NCBI GenBank assembly: GCA_964016885.1 | Contig: OZ024743.1 | Span: forward strand, 173,910,001-173,974,000 | DNA length: 64,000 bases | Direction of reading: 5' to 3' | Origin: Eledone cirrhosa | Lineage: Eukaryota | Shown: positions 15,001-29,000 of the stretch, piece by piece | Layout of the letters: every line of letters begins with the position of its first letter | How positions within the stretch are numbered: position 1 is the stretch's first letter | The notes under the pieces: generated by a model | Database searches by the model: none | Told to the model about the DNA's origin: nothing | Seen by the model: only the letters and a program-made list of their open reading frames with translations | Made by a program: the position numbers and the translations under genes

Positions 15001-16769
15001 ACACACACTCAGGGCTAGGGTATGAACCCTCTCTTAGTTGTCCTCCTCCAATACTACAGACACACACTCAGGGCTAGGGTATGAACCCTCTCTTAGTTGT
15101 CCTCCTCCAATACTACAGACACACACTCAGGGCTAGGGTATTAACCCTCTCTTAGTTGTCCTCCTCCAATACTACAGACACACACTCAGGGCTAAGGTAT
15201 TAACCCTCTCTTAGTTGCCCTCCTCCAATACTAGACACACACTCAGGGCTAGGGTATGAACCCACTTTTAGTTGTCCTCCTCCAATACTACAGACACACA
15301 CTCAGGGCTAGGGTATGAACCCTCTCTTAGTTGTCCTCCTCCAATACTACAGACACACACTCAGGGCTAGGGTATGTACCCTCTCCTAGTTGTCCTCCTC
15401 CAATACTACAGACACACACTCAGGGCTAGGGTATGAACCCTCTCTTAGTTGTCGTCCTCCAATACTACAGACACACACTCAGGGCTAGGGTATGACCCCT
15501 CTCTTAGTTGTCGTCCTCCAATACTAGACACACACTCAGGGCTAGGGTATGAACCCTCTCTTAGTTGTCCTCCTCCAATACTACAGACACACACTCAGGG
15601 CTAGGGTATGAACCCTCTCTTAGGTGTCCTCCTCCAATACTACAGACACACACTCAGAGCTAGGGTATGAACCCTCTCTTAGTTGTCCTCCTCCAATACT
15701 ACAGACACACACTCAGGGCTAGGGTATGAACCCTCTCTTAGGTGTCCTCCTCCAATACTAGACACACACTCAGGGCTAGGGTATGTACCCTCTCTTAGTT
15801 GTCGTCCTCCAATACTAGACACACACTCAGGGCTAGGGTATGTACCCTCTCTTAGTTGTCTTCCTCCAATACTACAGACACACACTCAGGGCTAGGGTAT
15901 GTACCCTCTCCTAGTTGTCCTCCTCCAATACTACAGACACACACTCAGGGCTAGGGTATGAACCCTCTCTTAGTTGTCCTCCTCCAATACTACAGACACA
16001 CACTCAGGGCTAGGGTATGAACCCTCTCTTAGGTGTCCTCCTCCAATACTAGACACACACTCAGGGCTAGGGTATGTACCCTCTCTTAGTTGTCCTCCTC
16101 CAATACTACAGACAGACACTCAGGGCTAGGGTATTAACCCTCTCTTAGTTGTCCTCCTCCAATACTAGACACACACTCAGGGCTAGGGTATGAACCCTCT
16201 TGTAGTTGTCCTCCTCCAATACTACAGACACACACTCAGGGCTAGGGTATTAACCCTCTCTTAGTTGTCCTCCTCCAATACTACAGTAACACACTCAGGG
16301 CTAGGGTATGAACCCTCTCTTAGTTGTCCTCCTCCAATACTACAGACACACACTCAGGGCTAGGGTATGACCCCTCTCTTAGTTGTCGTCCTCCAATACT
16401 AGACACACACTCAGGGCTAGGGTATGAACCCTCTCTTAGTTGTCCTCCTCCAATACTACAGACACACACTCAGGGCTAGGGTATGAACCCTCTCTTAGGT
16501 GTCCTCCTCCAATACTACAGACACACACTCAGAGCTAGGGTATGAACCCTCTCTTAGTTGTCCTCCTCCAATACTACAGACACACACTCAGGGCTAGGGT
16601 ATGAACCCTCTCTTAGGTGTCCTCCTCCAATACTAGACACACACTCAGGGCTAGGGTATGTACCCTCTCTTAGTTGTCGTCCTCCAATACTAGACACACA
16701 CTCAGGGCTAGGGTATGTACCCTCTCTTAGTTGTCTTCCTCCAATACTACAGACACACACTCAGGGCTA

Positions 16770-19390
16770 GGGTATGTACCCTCTCCTAGTTGTCCTCCTC
16801 CAATACTACAGACACACACTCAGGGCTAGGGTATGAACCCTCTCTTAGTTGTCCTCCTCCAATACTAGACACACACTCAGGGCTAGGGTATGTACCCTCT
16901 CTTAGTTGTCGTCCTCCAATACTAGACACACACTCAGGGCAAGGGTATGTTCCCTCTCTTAGTTGTCTTCCTCCAATACTACAGACACACACTCAGGGCT
17001 AGGGTATGTACCCTCTCTTAGTTGTCCTCCTCCAATACTACAGACACACACTCAGGGCTAGGGTATGAACGCTCTCCCAGTTGTCCTCCTCCAATACTAC
17101 AGACACACACTCAGGGCTAGGGTATGAACGCACTCCCAGTTGTCCTCCTCCAATACTACAGACACACACTCAGGGCTAGGGTATGAACCCTCTCCCAGTT
17201 GTCCTCCTCCAATACTACAGACACACACTCAGGGCTAGGGTATGTACCCTCTCTTAGTTGTCGTCTTCCAATACTACAGACACACACTCAGGGCTAGGGT
17301 ATGAACGCTCTCCCAGTTGTCCTCTTCCAATACTACAGACACACACTCAGGGCTAGGGTATGAACGCTCTCCCAGTTGTCCTCCTCCAATACTACAGACA
17401 CACACTCAGGGCTAGGGTATGAACCCTCTCCCAGTTGTCCTCCTCCAATACTACAGACACACACTCAGGGCTAGGGTATGAACGCTCTCCCAGTTGTCCT
17501 CCTCCAATACTACAGACACACACTCAGGGCTAGGGTATGTACCCTCTCTTAGTTGTCCTCTTCCAATACTACAGACACACACTCAGGGCTAGGGTATGAA
17601 CGCTCTCCTATTTGTCCTCCTCCAATACTACAGACACACACTCTGGGCTAGGGTATGAACCCTCTCTTAGTTGTCCTCCTCCAATACTACAGACACACAC
17701 TCAGGGCTAGGGTATGAACGCTCTCCTAGGTGTCCTCCTCCAATACTACAGACACACACTCAGGGCTAGGGTATGAACCCTCTCTTAGTTGTCCTCCTCC
17801 AATACTACAGACACACACTCTGGGCTAGGGTATGAACCCTCTCTTAGTTGTCCTCCTCCAATACTACAGACACACACTCAGGGCTAGGGTATGAACGCTC
17901 TCCTATTTGTCCTCCTCCAATACTACAGACACACACTCTGGGCTAGGGTATGAACCCTCTCTTAGTTGTCCTCCTCCAATACTACAGACACACACTCAGG
18001 GCTAGGGTATTAACCCTCTCTTAGTTGTCCTCCTCCAATACTACAGACACACACTCAGGGCTAGGGTATGAACCCTCTCTTAGTTGTCCTCCTCCAATAC
18101 TACAGACACACACTCAGGGCTAGGGTATTAACCCTCTCTTAGTTGTCCTCCTCCAATACTACAGACACACACTCAGGGCTAGGGTATGAACCCTCTCTTA
18201 GTTGTCCTCCTCCAATACTACAGACACACACTCAGGGCTAGTGTATGAACCCTCTTTTAGTTGTCCTCCTCCAATACTACAGACACACACTCAGGGCTAG
18301 GGTATGAACCCTCTATTAGTTGTCCTTCTCCAATACTACAGACACACACTCAGGGCTAGGGTATGTACCCTCTCCTAGTTGTCCTCCTCCAATACTACAG
18401 ACACACACTCAGGGCTAGGGTATGAACCCTCTCTTAGTTGTCCTCCTCCAATACTAGACACACACTCAGGGCTAGGGTATGTACCCTCCCTTAGTTGTCG
18501 TCCTCCAATACTAGACACACACTCAGGGCAAGGGTATGTACCCTCTCTTAGTTGTCTTCCTCCAATACTACAGACACACACTCAGGGCTAGGGTATGTAC
18601 CCTCTCTTAGTTGTCCTCCTCCAATACTACAGACACACACTCAGGGCTAGGGTATGAACGCTCTCCCAGTTGTCCTCCTCCAATACTACAGACACACACT
18701 CAGGGCTAGGGTATGAACGCACTCCCAGTTGTCCTCCTCCAATACTACAGACACACACTCAGGGCTAGGGTATGAACCCTCTCCCAGTTGTCCTCCTCCA
18801 ATACTACAGACACACACTCAGGGCTAGGGTATGTACCCTCTCTTAGTTGTCGTCTTCCAATACTACAGACACACACTCAGGGCTAGGGTATGAACGCTCT
18901 CCCAGTTGTCCTCTTCCAATACTACAGACACACACTCAGGGCTAGGGTATGAACGCTCTCCCAGTTGTCCTCCTCCAATACTACAGACACACACTAAGGG
19001 CGAGGGTATGAACCCTCTCCCAGTTGTCCTCCTCCAATACTACAGACACACACTCAGGGCTAGGGTATGAACGCTCTCCCAGTTGTCCTCCTCCAATACT
19101 ACAGACACACACTCAGGGCTAGGGTATGTACCCTCTCTTAGTTGTCCTCTTCCAATACTACAGACACACACTCAGGGCTAGGGTATGAACGCTCTCCTAT
19201 TTGTCCTCCTCCAATACTACAGACACACACTCTGGGCTAGGGTATGAACCCTCTCTTAGTTGTCCTCCTCCAATACTACAGACACACACTCAGGGCTAGG
19301 GTATGAACGCTCTCCTAGGTGTCCTCCTCCAATACTACAGACACACACTCAGGGCTAGGGTATGAACCCTCTCTTAGTTGTCCTCCTCCA
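16770..19390. repeat. Block duplicated at 1,589-bp (27-monomer) offset
   Basis: Identical ORFs at 16790 and 18379. AACGCACTCCC occurs at ~17127/~18716, followed by the same order of AACGC/CCCAG monomers. Confidence 0.85.
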
Positions 19391-22300
19391 ATACTACAGA
19401 CACACACTCAGGGCTAGGGTATGAACACTCTCTTAGGTGTCCTCCTCCAATACTACAGACACACACTCAGGGCTAGGGTATGAACCCTCTCTTAGTTGTC
19501 CTCCTCCAATACTATAGACACACACTCAGGGCTAGGGTATGTACCCTCTCCCAGATGTCCTCCTCCAATACTACAGACACACACTCAGGGCTAGGGTATG
19601 AACCCTCTCTTAGGTGTCCTCCTCCAATACTACAGACACACACTCAGGGCTAGGGTATGAACCCTCTCTTAGTTGTCCTCCTCCAATACTACAGACACAC
19701 ACTCAGGGCTAGGGTATGTACCCTCTCCCAGTTGTTCTCCTCCAATACTACAGACACACACTCAGGGCTAGGGTATGAACCCTCTGTTAGGTGTCCTCCT
19801 CCAATACTAGACACACACTCAGGGCTAGGGTATGTACCCTCTCTTAGTTGTCCTCCTCCAATACTACAGACACACACTCAGGGCTAGGGTATGTACCCTC
19901 TCCCAGTTGTTCTCCTCCAATACTACAGACACACACTCAGGGCTAGGGTATGAACCCTCTCTTAGTTGTCCTCCTCCAATACTACAGACACACACTCAGG
20001 GCTAGGGTATGAACCCTCTCCTAGTTGTCCTCCTCCAATACTACAGACACACACTCAGGGCTAGGGTATGAACCCTCTCTTAGTTGTCCTCCTCCAATAC
20101 TACAGACACACACTCAGGGCTAGGGTATGAACCCTCTCCTAGTTGTCCTCCTCCAATACTACAGACACACACTCAGGGCTAGGGTATGAACCCTCTCTTA
20201 GTTGTCATCCTCCAATACTACAGACACACACTCAGGGCTACGGTATTAACCCTCTCTTAGTTGTCCTCCTCCAATACTACAGATACACACTCAGGGCTAG
20301 GGTATGAACCCTCTCTTAGTTGTCCTCCTCCAATACTACAGACACACACTCAGGGCTAGGGTATTAACCCTCTCTTAGTTGTCCTCCTCCAATACTACAG
20401 ACACACACTCAGGGCTAGGGTATGAACCCTCTCTTAGTTGTCCTCCTCCAATACTACAGACACACACTCAGGGCTAGTGTATGAACCCTCTTTTAGTTGT
20501 CCTCCTCCAATACTACAGACACACACTCAGGGCTAGGGTATGAACCCTCTATTAGTTGTCCTTCTCCAATACTACAGACACACACTCAGGGCTAGAGTAT
20601 TAACCCTCTCTTAGTTGTCCTCCTCCAATACTACAGACACACACTCAGGGCTAGGGTATGAACCCTCTCTTAGTTGTCCTCCTCCAATACTACAGACACA
20701 CACTCAGGGCTAGGGTATGAACCCTCTCTTAGTTGTCCTCCTCCAATACTACAGACACACACTCAGGGCTAGGGTATTAACCCTCTCTTAGTTGTCCTCC
20801 TCCAATACTACAGACACACACTCAGGGCTAGGGTATTAACCCTCTCTTAGTTGTCCTCCTCCAATACTAGACACACACTCAGGGCTAGGGTATGAACCCT
20901 CTTTTAGTTGTCCTCCTCCAATACTACAGACACACACTCAGGGCTAGGGTATGAACCCTCTCTTAGTTGTCCTCCTCCAATACTACAGACACACATTCAG
21001 GGCTAGGGTATTAACCCTCTCTTAGTTGTCCTCCTCCAATACTACAGACACACACTCAGGGCTAGGGTATGAACCCTCTCTTAGTTGTCCTCCTCCAATA
21101 CTACAGACACACACTCAGGGCTAGGGTATGAACCCTCTCTTAGTTGTCCTCCTCCAATACTACAGACACACACTCAGGGCTAGGGTATGAACCCTCTTTT
21201 AGTTGTCCTCCTCCAATACTACAGATACACACTCAGGGCTAGGGTATTAACCCTCTCTTAGTTGTCCTCCTCCAATACTAGACACACACTCAGGGCTAGG
21301 GTATGAACCCTCTTTTAGTTGTCCTCCTCCAATACTACAGACACACACTCAGGGCTAAGGTATGAACCCTTTCTTAGTTGCCCTCCTCCAATACTACAGA
21401 CACACACTCAGGGCTAGGGTATGAACCCTCTCTTAGTTGTCCTCCTTCAATACTACAGACACACACTCAGGGCTAGGGTATGAACCCTCTCTTAGTTGTC
21501 TTCCTCCAATACTACAGACACACACTCAGGGCTAGGGTATTAACCCTCTCTTCGTTGTCCTCCTCCAATACTACAGACACACACTCAGGGCTAGGGTATT
21601 AACCCTCTCTTAGTTGTCCTCCTCCAATACTAGACACACACTCAGGGCTAGGGTATGAACCCTCTCCTAGTTGTCCTCCTCCAATACTACAGACACACAC
21701 TCAGGGCTAGGGTATGAACCCTCTCTTAGTTGTCCTCCTCCAATACTACAGACACACACTCAGGGCTAGGGTATGAACCCTCTCCTAGTTGTCCTCCTCC
21801 AATACTACAGACACACACTCAGGGCTAGGGTATGAACCCTCTCTTAGTTGTCCTCCTCCAATACTACAGACACACACTCAGGGCTAGGGTATGAACCCTC
21901 TCCTAGTTGTCCTCCTCCAATACTACAGACACACACTCAGGGCTAGGGTATGAACTCTCTCTTAGTTGTCCTCCTCCAATACTACAGACACACACTCAGG
22001 GCTAGGGTATTAACCCTCTCTTAGTTGTCCTCCTCCAATACTACAGACACACACTCAGGGCTAGGGTATGAACCCTCTCTTAGTTGTCCTCCTCCAATAC
22101 TACAGACACACACTCAGGGCTAGGGTATTAACCCTCTCTTAGTTGTCCTCCTCCAATACTACAGACACACACTCAGGGCTAGGGTATGAACCCTCTCTTA
22201 GTTGTCCTCCTCCAATACTACAGACACACACTCAGGGCTAGGGTATTAACCCTCTCTTAGTTGTCCTCCTCCAATACTACAGACACACACTCAGGGCTAG

Positions 22301-23044
22301 GGTATGAACCCTCTCTTAGTTGTCCTCCTCCAATACTACAGACACACACTCAGGGCTAGGGTATGAACCCTCTCTTAGGTGTCCTCCTCCAATACTACAG
22401 ACACACACTCAGAGCTAGGGTATGAACCCTCTCTTAGGTGTCCTCCTCCAATACTAGACACACACTCAGGGCTAGGGTATGTACCCTCTCTTAGTTGTCG
22501 TCCTCCAATACTAGACACACACTCAGGGCTAGGGTATGTACCCTCTCTTAGTTGTTGTCCTCCAATACTAGACACACACTCAGGGCAAGGGTATGTACCC
22601 TCTCTTAGTTGTCTTCCTCCAATACTACAGACACACACTCAGGGCTAGGGTATGTACCCTCTCTTAGTTGTCCTCCTCCAATACTACAGACACACACTCA
22701 GGGCTAGGGTATGAACGCTCTCCCAGTTGTCCTCCTCCAATACTACAGACACACACTCAGGGCTAGGGTATGAACGCTCTCCCAGTTGTCCTCCTCCAAT
22801 ACTACAGACACACACTCAGGGCTAGGGTATGAACCCTCTCCCAGTTGTCCTCCTCCAATACTACAGACACACACTCAGGGCTAGGGTATGTACCCTCTCT
22901 TAGTTGTCGTCTTCCAATACTACAGACACACACTCAGGGCTAGGGTATGAACGCTCTCCCAGTTGTCCTCTTCCAATACTACAGACACACACTCAGGGCT
23001 AGGGTATGAACGCTCTCCCAGTTGTCCTCCTCCAATACTACAGA

Positions 23045-26000
23045 CACACACTCAGGGCTAGGGTATGAACCCTCTCTTAGTTGTCCTCCTCCAATACTAC
23101 AGACACACACTCAGGGCTAGGGTATGTACCCTCTCCCAGTTGTTCTCCTCCAATACTACAGACACACACTCAGGGCTAGGGTATGAACCCTCTGTTAGGT
23201 GTCCTCCTCCAATACTAGACACACACTCAGGGCTAGGGTATGTACCCTCTCTTAGTTGTCCTCCTCCAATACTACAGACACACACTCAGGGCTAGGGTAT
23301 GTACCCTCTCCCAGTTGTTCTCCTCCAATACTACAGACACACACTCAGGGCTAGGGTATGAACCCTCTCTTAGTTGTCCTCCTCCAATACTACAGACACA
23401 CACTCAGGGCTAGGGTATGAACCCTCTCCTAGTTGTCCTCCTCCAATACTACAGACACACACTCAGGGCTAGGGTATGAACCCTCTCTTAGTTGTCCTCC
23501 TCCAATACTACAGACACACACTCAGGGCTAGGGTATGAACCCTCTCCTAGTTGTCCTCCTCCAATACTACAGACACACACTCAGGGCTAGGGTATGAACC
23601 CTCTCTTAGTTGTCCTCCTCCAATACTACAGACACACACTCAGGGCTAGGGTATGAACCCTCTCCTAGTTGTCCTCTTCCAATACTACAGACACACACTC
23701 AGGGCTAGGGTATGAACCCTCTCTTAGTTGTCCTCCTCCAATACTACAGACACACACTCAGGGCTAGGGTATTAACCCTCTCTTAGTTGTCCTCCTCCAA
23801 TACTACAGATACACACTCAGGGCTAGGGTATGAACCCTCTCTTAGTTGTCCTCCTCCAATACTACAGACACACACTCAGGGCTAGGGTATTAACCCTCTC
23901 TTAGTTGTCCTCCTCCAATACTACAGACACACACTCAGGGCTAGGGTATGAACCCTCTCTTAGTTGTCCTCCTCCAATACTACAGACACACACTCAGGGC
24001 TAGGGTATTAACCCTCTCTTAGTTGTCCTCCTCCAATACTAAGACACACACTCAGGGCTAGGGTATGAACCCTCTCTTAGTTGTCCTCCTCCAATACTAC
24101 AGACACACACTCAGGGCTAGGGTATGAACCCTCTTTTAGTTGTCCTCCTCCAATACTACAGACACACACTCAGGGCTAGGGTATGAACCCTCTATTAGTT
24201 GTCCTTCTCCAATACTACAGACACACACTCAGGGCTAGAGTATTAACCCTCTCTTAGTTGTCCTCCTCCAATACTACAGACACACACTCAGGGCTAGGGT
24301 ATGAACCCTCTCTTAGTTGTCCTCCTCCAACACTACAGACACACACTCAGGGCTAGGGTATGAACCCTCTCTTAGTTGTCCTCCTCCAATACTACAGACA
24401 CACACTCAGGGCTAGGGTATTAACCCTCTCTTAGTTGTCCTCCTCCAATACTACAGACACACACTCAGGGCTAGGGTATTAACCCTCTCTTAGTTGTCCT
24501 CCTCCAATACTAGACACACACTCAGGGCTAGGGTATGAACCCTCTTTTAGTTGTCCTCCTGCAATACTACAGACACACACTCAGGGCTAGGGTATGAACC
24601 CTCTCTTAGTTGTCCTCCTCCAATACTACAGACACACACTCAGGGCTAGGGTATTAACCCTCTCTTAGTTGTCCTCCTCCAATACTACAGACACACACTC
24701 AGGGCTAGGGTATGAACCCTCTCTTAGTTGTCCTCCTCCAATACTACAGACACACACTCAGGGCTAGGGTATGAACCCTCTCTTAGTTGTCCTCCTCCAT
24801 TACTACAGACACACACTCAGGGCTAGGGTATGAACCCTCTCCTAGTTGTCCTCCTCCAATACTACAGACACACACTCAGGGCTAGGGTATGAACCCTCTC
24901 TTAGTTGTCCTCCTCCAATACTACAGACACACACTCAGGGCTAGGGTATTAACCCTCTCTTAGTTGTCCTCCTCCAATACTACAGACACACACTCAGGGC
25001 TAGGGTATGAACCCTCTCTTAGTTGTCCTCCTCCAATACTACAGACACACACTCAGGGCTAGGGTATTAACCCTCTCTTAGTTGTCCTCCTCCAATACTA
25101 CAGACACACACTCAGGGCTAGGGTATGAACCCTCTCTTAGTTGTCTCCTCCAATACTACAGACACACACTCAGGGCTAGGGTATGAACCCTCTCTTAGTT
25201 GTCCTCCTCCAATACTACAGACACACACTCAGGGCTAGGGTATTAACCCTCTCTTAGTTGTCCTCCTCCAATACTACAGACACACACTCAGGGCTAGGGT
25301 ATGAACCCTCTCTTAGTTGTCCTCCTCCAATACTACAGACACACACTCAGGGCTAGGGTATTAACCCTCTCTTAGTTGTCCTCCTCCAATACTAGACACA
25401 CACTCAGGGCTAGGGTATGAACCCTCTTTTAGTTGTCCTCCTCCAATACTACAGACACACACTCAGGGCTAGGGTATGAACCCTCTCTTAGTTGTCCTCC
25501 TCCAATACTACAGACACACACTCAGGGCTAGGGTATTAACCCTCTCTTAGTTGTCCTCCTCCAATACTACAGACACACACTCAGGGCTAGGGTATGAACC
25601 CTCTCTTAGTTGTCCTCCTCCAATACTACAGACACACACTCAGGGCTAGGGTATGAACCCTCTCTTAGTTGTCCTCCTCCAATACTACAGACACACACTC
25701 AGGGCTAGGGTATGAACCCTCTTTTAGTTGTCCTCCTCCAATACTACAGACACACACTCAGGGCTAGGGTATTAACCCTCTCTTAGTTGTCCTCCTCCAA
25801 TACTAGACACACACTCAGGGCTAGGGTATGAACCCTCTTTTAGTTGTCCTCCTCCAATACTACAGACACACACTCAGGGCTAAGGTATGAACCCTTTCTT
25901 AGTTGCCCTCCTCCAATACTACAGACACACACTCAGGGCTAGGGTATGAACCCTCTCTTAGTTGTCCTCCTCCAATACTACAGACACACACTCAGGGCTA

Positions 26001-29000
26001 GGGTATGAACCCTCTCTTAGTTGTCCTCCTCCAATACTACAGATACACACTCAGGGCTAGGGTATGAACCCTCTCTTAGTTGTCCTCCTCCAATACTACA
26101 GACACACACTCAGGGCTAGGGTATTAACCCTCTCTTAGTTGTCCTCCTCCAATACTACAGACACACACTCAGGGCTAGGGTATGAAACCTCTCTTAGTTG
26201 TCCTCCTCCAATACTACAGACACACACTCAGGGCTAGGGTATTAACCCTCTCTTAGTTGTCCTCCAATACTACAGACACACACTCAGGGCTAGGGTATGA
26301 ACCCTCTCTTAGTTGTCCTCCTCCAATACTACAGACACACACTCATGGATAGGGTATGAACCCTCTTTTAGTTGTCCTCCTCCAATACTACAGACACACA
26401 CTCAGGGCTAGGGTATGAACCCTCTATTAGTTGTCCTTCTCCAATACTACAGACACACACTCAGGGCTAGAGTATTAACCCTCTCTTAGTTGCCCTCCTC
26501 CAATACTACAGACACACACTCAGGGCTAGGGTATGAACCCTCTCTTAGTTGTCCTCCTCCAATACTACAGACACACACTCAGGGCTAGGGTATGAACCCT
26601 CTCTTAGTTGTCCTCCTCCAATACTACAGACACACACTCAGGGCTAGGGTATGAACCCTCTCTTAGTTGTCCTCCTCCAATACTACAGACACACACTCAG
26701 GGCTAGGGTATTAACCCTCTCTTAGTTGTCCTCCTCCAATACTACAGACACACACTCAGGGCTAGGGTATGAACCCTCTCTTAGTTGTCCTCCTCCAATA
26801 CTACAGACACACACTCAGGGCTAGGGTATTAACCCTCTCTTAGTTGTCCTCCTCCAATACTAGACACACACTCAGGGCTAGGGTATGAACCCTCTTTTAG
26901 TTGTCCTCCTCCAATACTACAGACACACACTCAGGGCTAGGGTATGAACCCTCTCTTAGTTGTCCTCCTCCAATACTACAGACACACACTCAGGGCTAGG
27001 GTATTAACCCTCTCTTAGTTGTCCTCCTCCAATACTACAGACACACACTCAGGGCTAGGGTATGAACCCTCTCTTAGTTGTCCTCCTCCAATACTACAGA
27101 CACACACTCAGGGCTAGGGTATGAACCCTCTCTTAGTTGTCCTCCTCCAATACTACAGACACACACTCAGGGCTAGGGTATGAACCCTCTTTTAGTTGTC
27201 CTCCTCCAATACTACAGACACACACTCAGGGCTAGGGTATTAACCCTCTCTTAGTTGTCCTCCTCCAATACTAGACACACACTCAGGGCTAGGGTATGAA
27301 CCCTCTTTTAGTTGTCCTCCTCCAATACTACAGACACACACTCAGGGCTAGGGTATGAACCCTCTCTTAGTTGCCCTCCTCCAATACTACAGACACACAC
27401 TCAGGGCTAGGGTATTAACCCTCTCTTAGTTGTCCTCCTCCAATACTACAGACACAAACTCAGGGCTAGGGTATGAACCCTCTCTTAGTTGTCCTCCTCC
27501 AATACTACAGATACACACTCAGGGCTAGGGTATGAACCCTCTCTTAGTTGTCCTCCTCCAATACTACAGACACACACTCAGGGCTAGGGTATTAACCCTC
27601 TCTTAGTTGTCCTCCTCCAATACTACAGACACACACTCAGGGCTAGGGTATGAAACCTCTCTTAGTTGTCCTCCTCCAATACTACAGACACACACTCAGG
27701 GCTAGGGTATTAACCCTCTCTTAGTTGTCCTCCTCCAATACTACAGACACACACTCAGGGCTAGGGTATGAACCCTCTCTTAGTTGTCCTCCTCCAATAC
27801 TACAGACACACACTCAGGGCTAGGGTATGAACCCTCTTTTAGTTGTCCTCCTCCAATACTACAGATACACACTCAGGGCTAGGGTATGAACCCTCTCTTA
27901 GTTGTCCTCCTCCAATACTACAGACACACACTCAGGGCTAGGGTATGAACCCTCTATTAGTTGTCCTTCTCCAATACTACAGACACACACTCAGGGCTAG
28001 GGTATGAAACCTCTCTTAGTTGTCCTCCTCCAATACTACAGACACACACTCAGGGCTAGGGTATTAACCCTCTCTTAGTTGTCCTCCTCCAATACTACAG
28101 ACACACACTCAGGGCTAGGGTATGAACCCTCTCTTAGTTGTCCTCCTCCAATACTACAGACACACACTCAGGGCTAGGGTATGAACCCTCTTTTAGTTGT
28201 CCTCCTCCAATACTACAGACACACACTCAGGGCTAGGGTATGAACCCTCTCTTAGTTGTCCTCCTCCAATACTACAGACACACACTCAGGGCTAGGGTAT
28301 GTACCCTCTCCCAGTTGTTCTCCTCCAATACTACAGACACACACTCAGGGCTAGGGTATGAACCCTCTGTTAGGTGTCCTCCTCCAATACTAGACACACA
28401 CTCAGGGCTAGGGTATGTACCCTCTCTTAGTTGTCCTCCTCCAATACTACAGACACACACTCAGGGCTAGGGTATGTACCCTCTCCCAGTTGTTCTCCTC
28501 CAATACTACAGACACACACTCAGGGCTAGGGTATGAACCCTCTCTTAGTTGTCCTCCTCCAATACTACAGACACACACTCAGGGCTAGGGTATGAACCCT
28601 CTCCTAGTTGTCCTCCTCCAATACTACAGACACACACTCAGGGCTAGGGTATGAACCCTCTCTTAGTTGTCCTCCTCCAATACTACAGACACACACTCAG
28701 GGCTAGGGTATGAACCCTCTCCTAGTTGTCCTCCTCCAATACTACAGACACACACTCAGGGCTAGGGTATGAACCCTCTCTTAGTTGTCCTCCTCCAATA
28801 CTACAGACACACACTCAGGGCTAGGGTATGAACCCTCTCCTAGTTGTCCTCTTCCAATACTACAGACACACACTCAGGGCTAGGGTATGAACCCTCTCTT
28901 AGTTGTCCTCCTCCAATACTACAGACACACACTCAGGGCTAGGGTATTAACCCTCTCTTAGTTGTCCTCCTCCAATACTACAGATACACACTCAGGGCTA

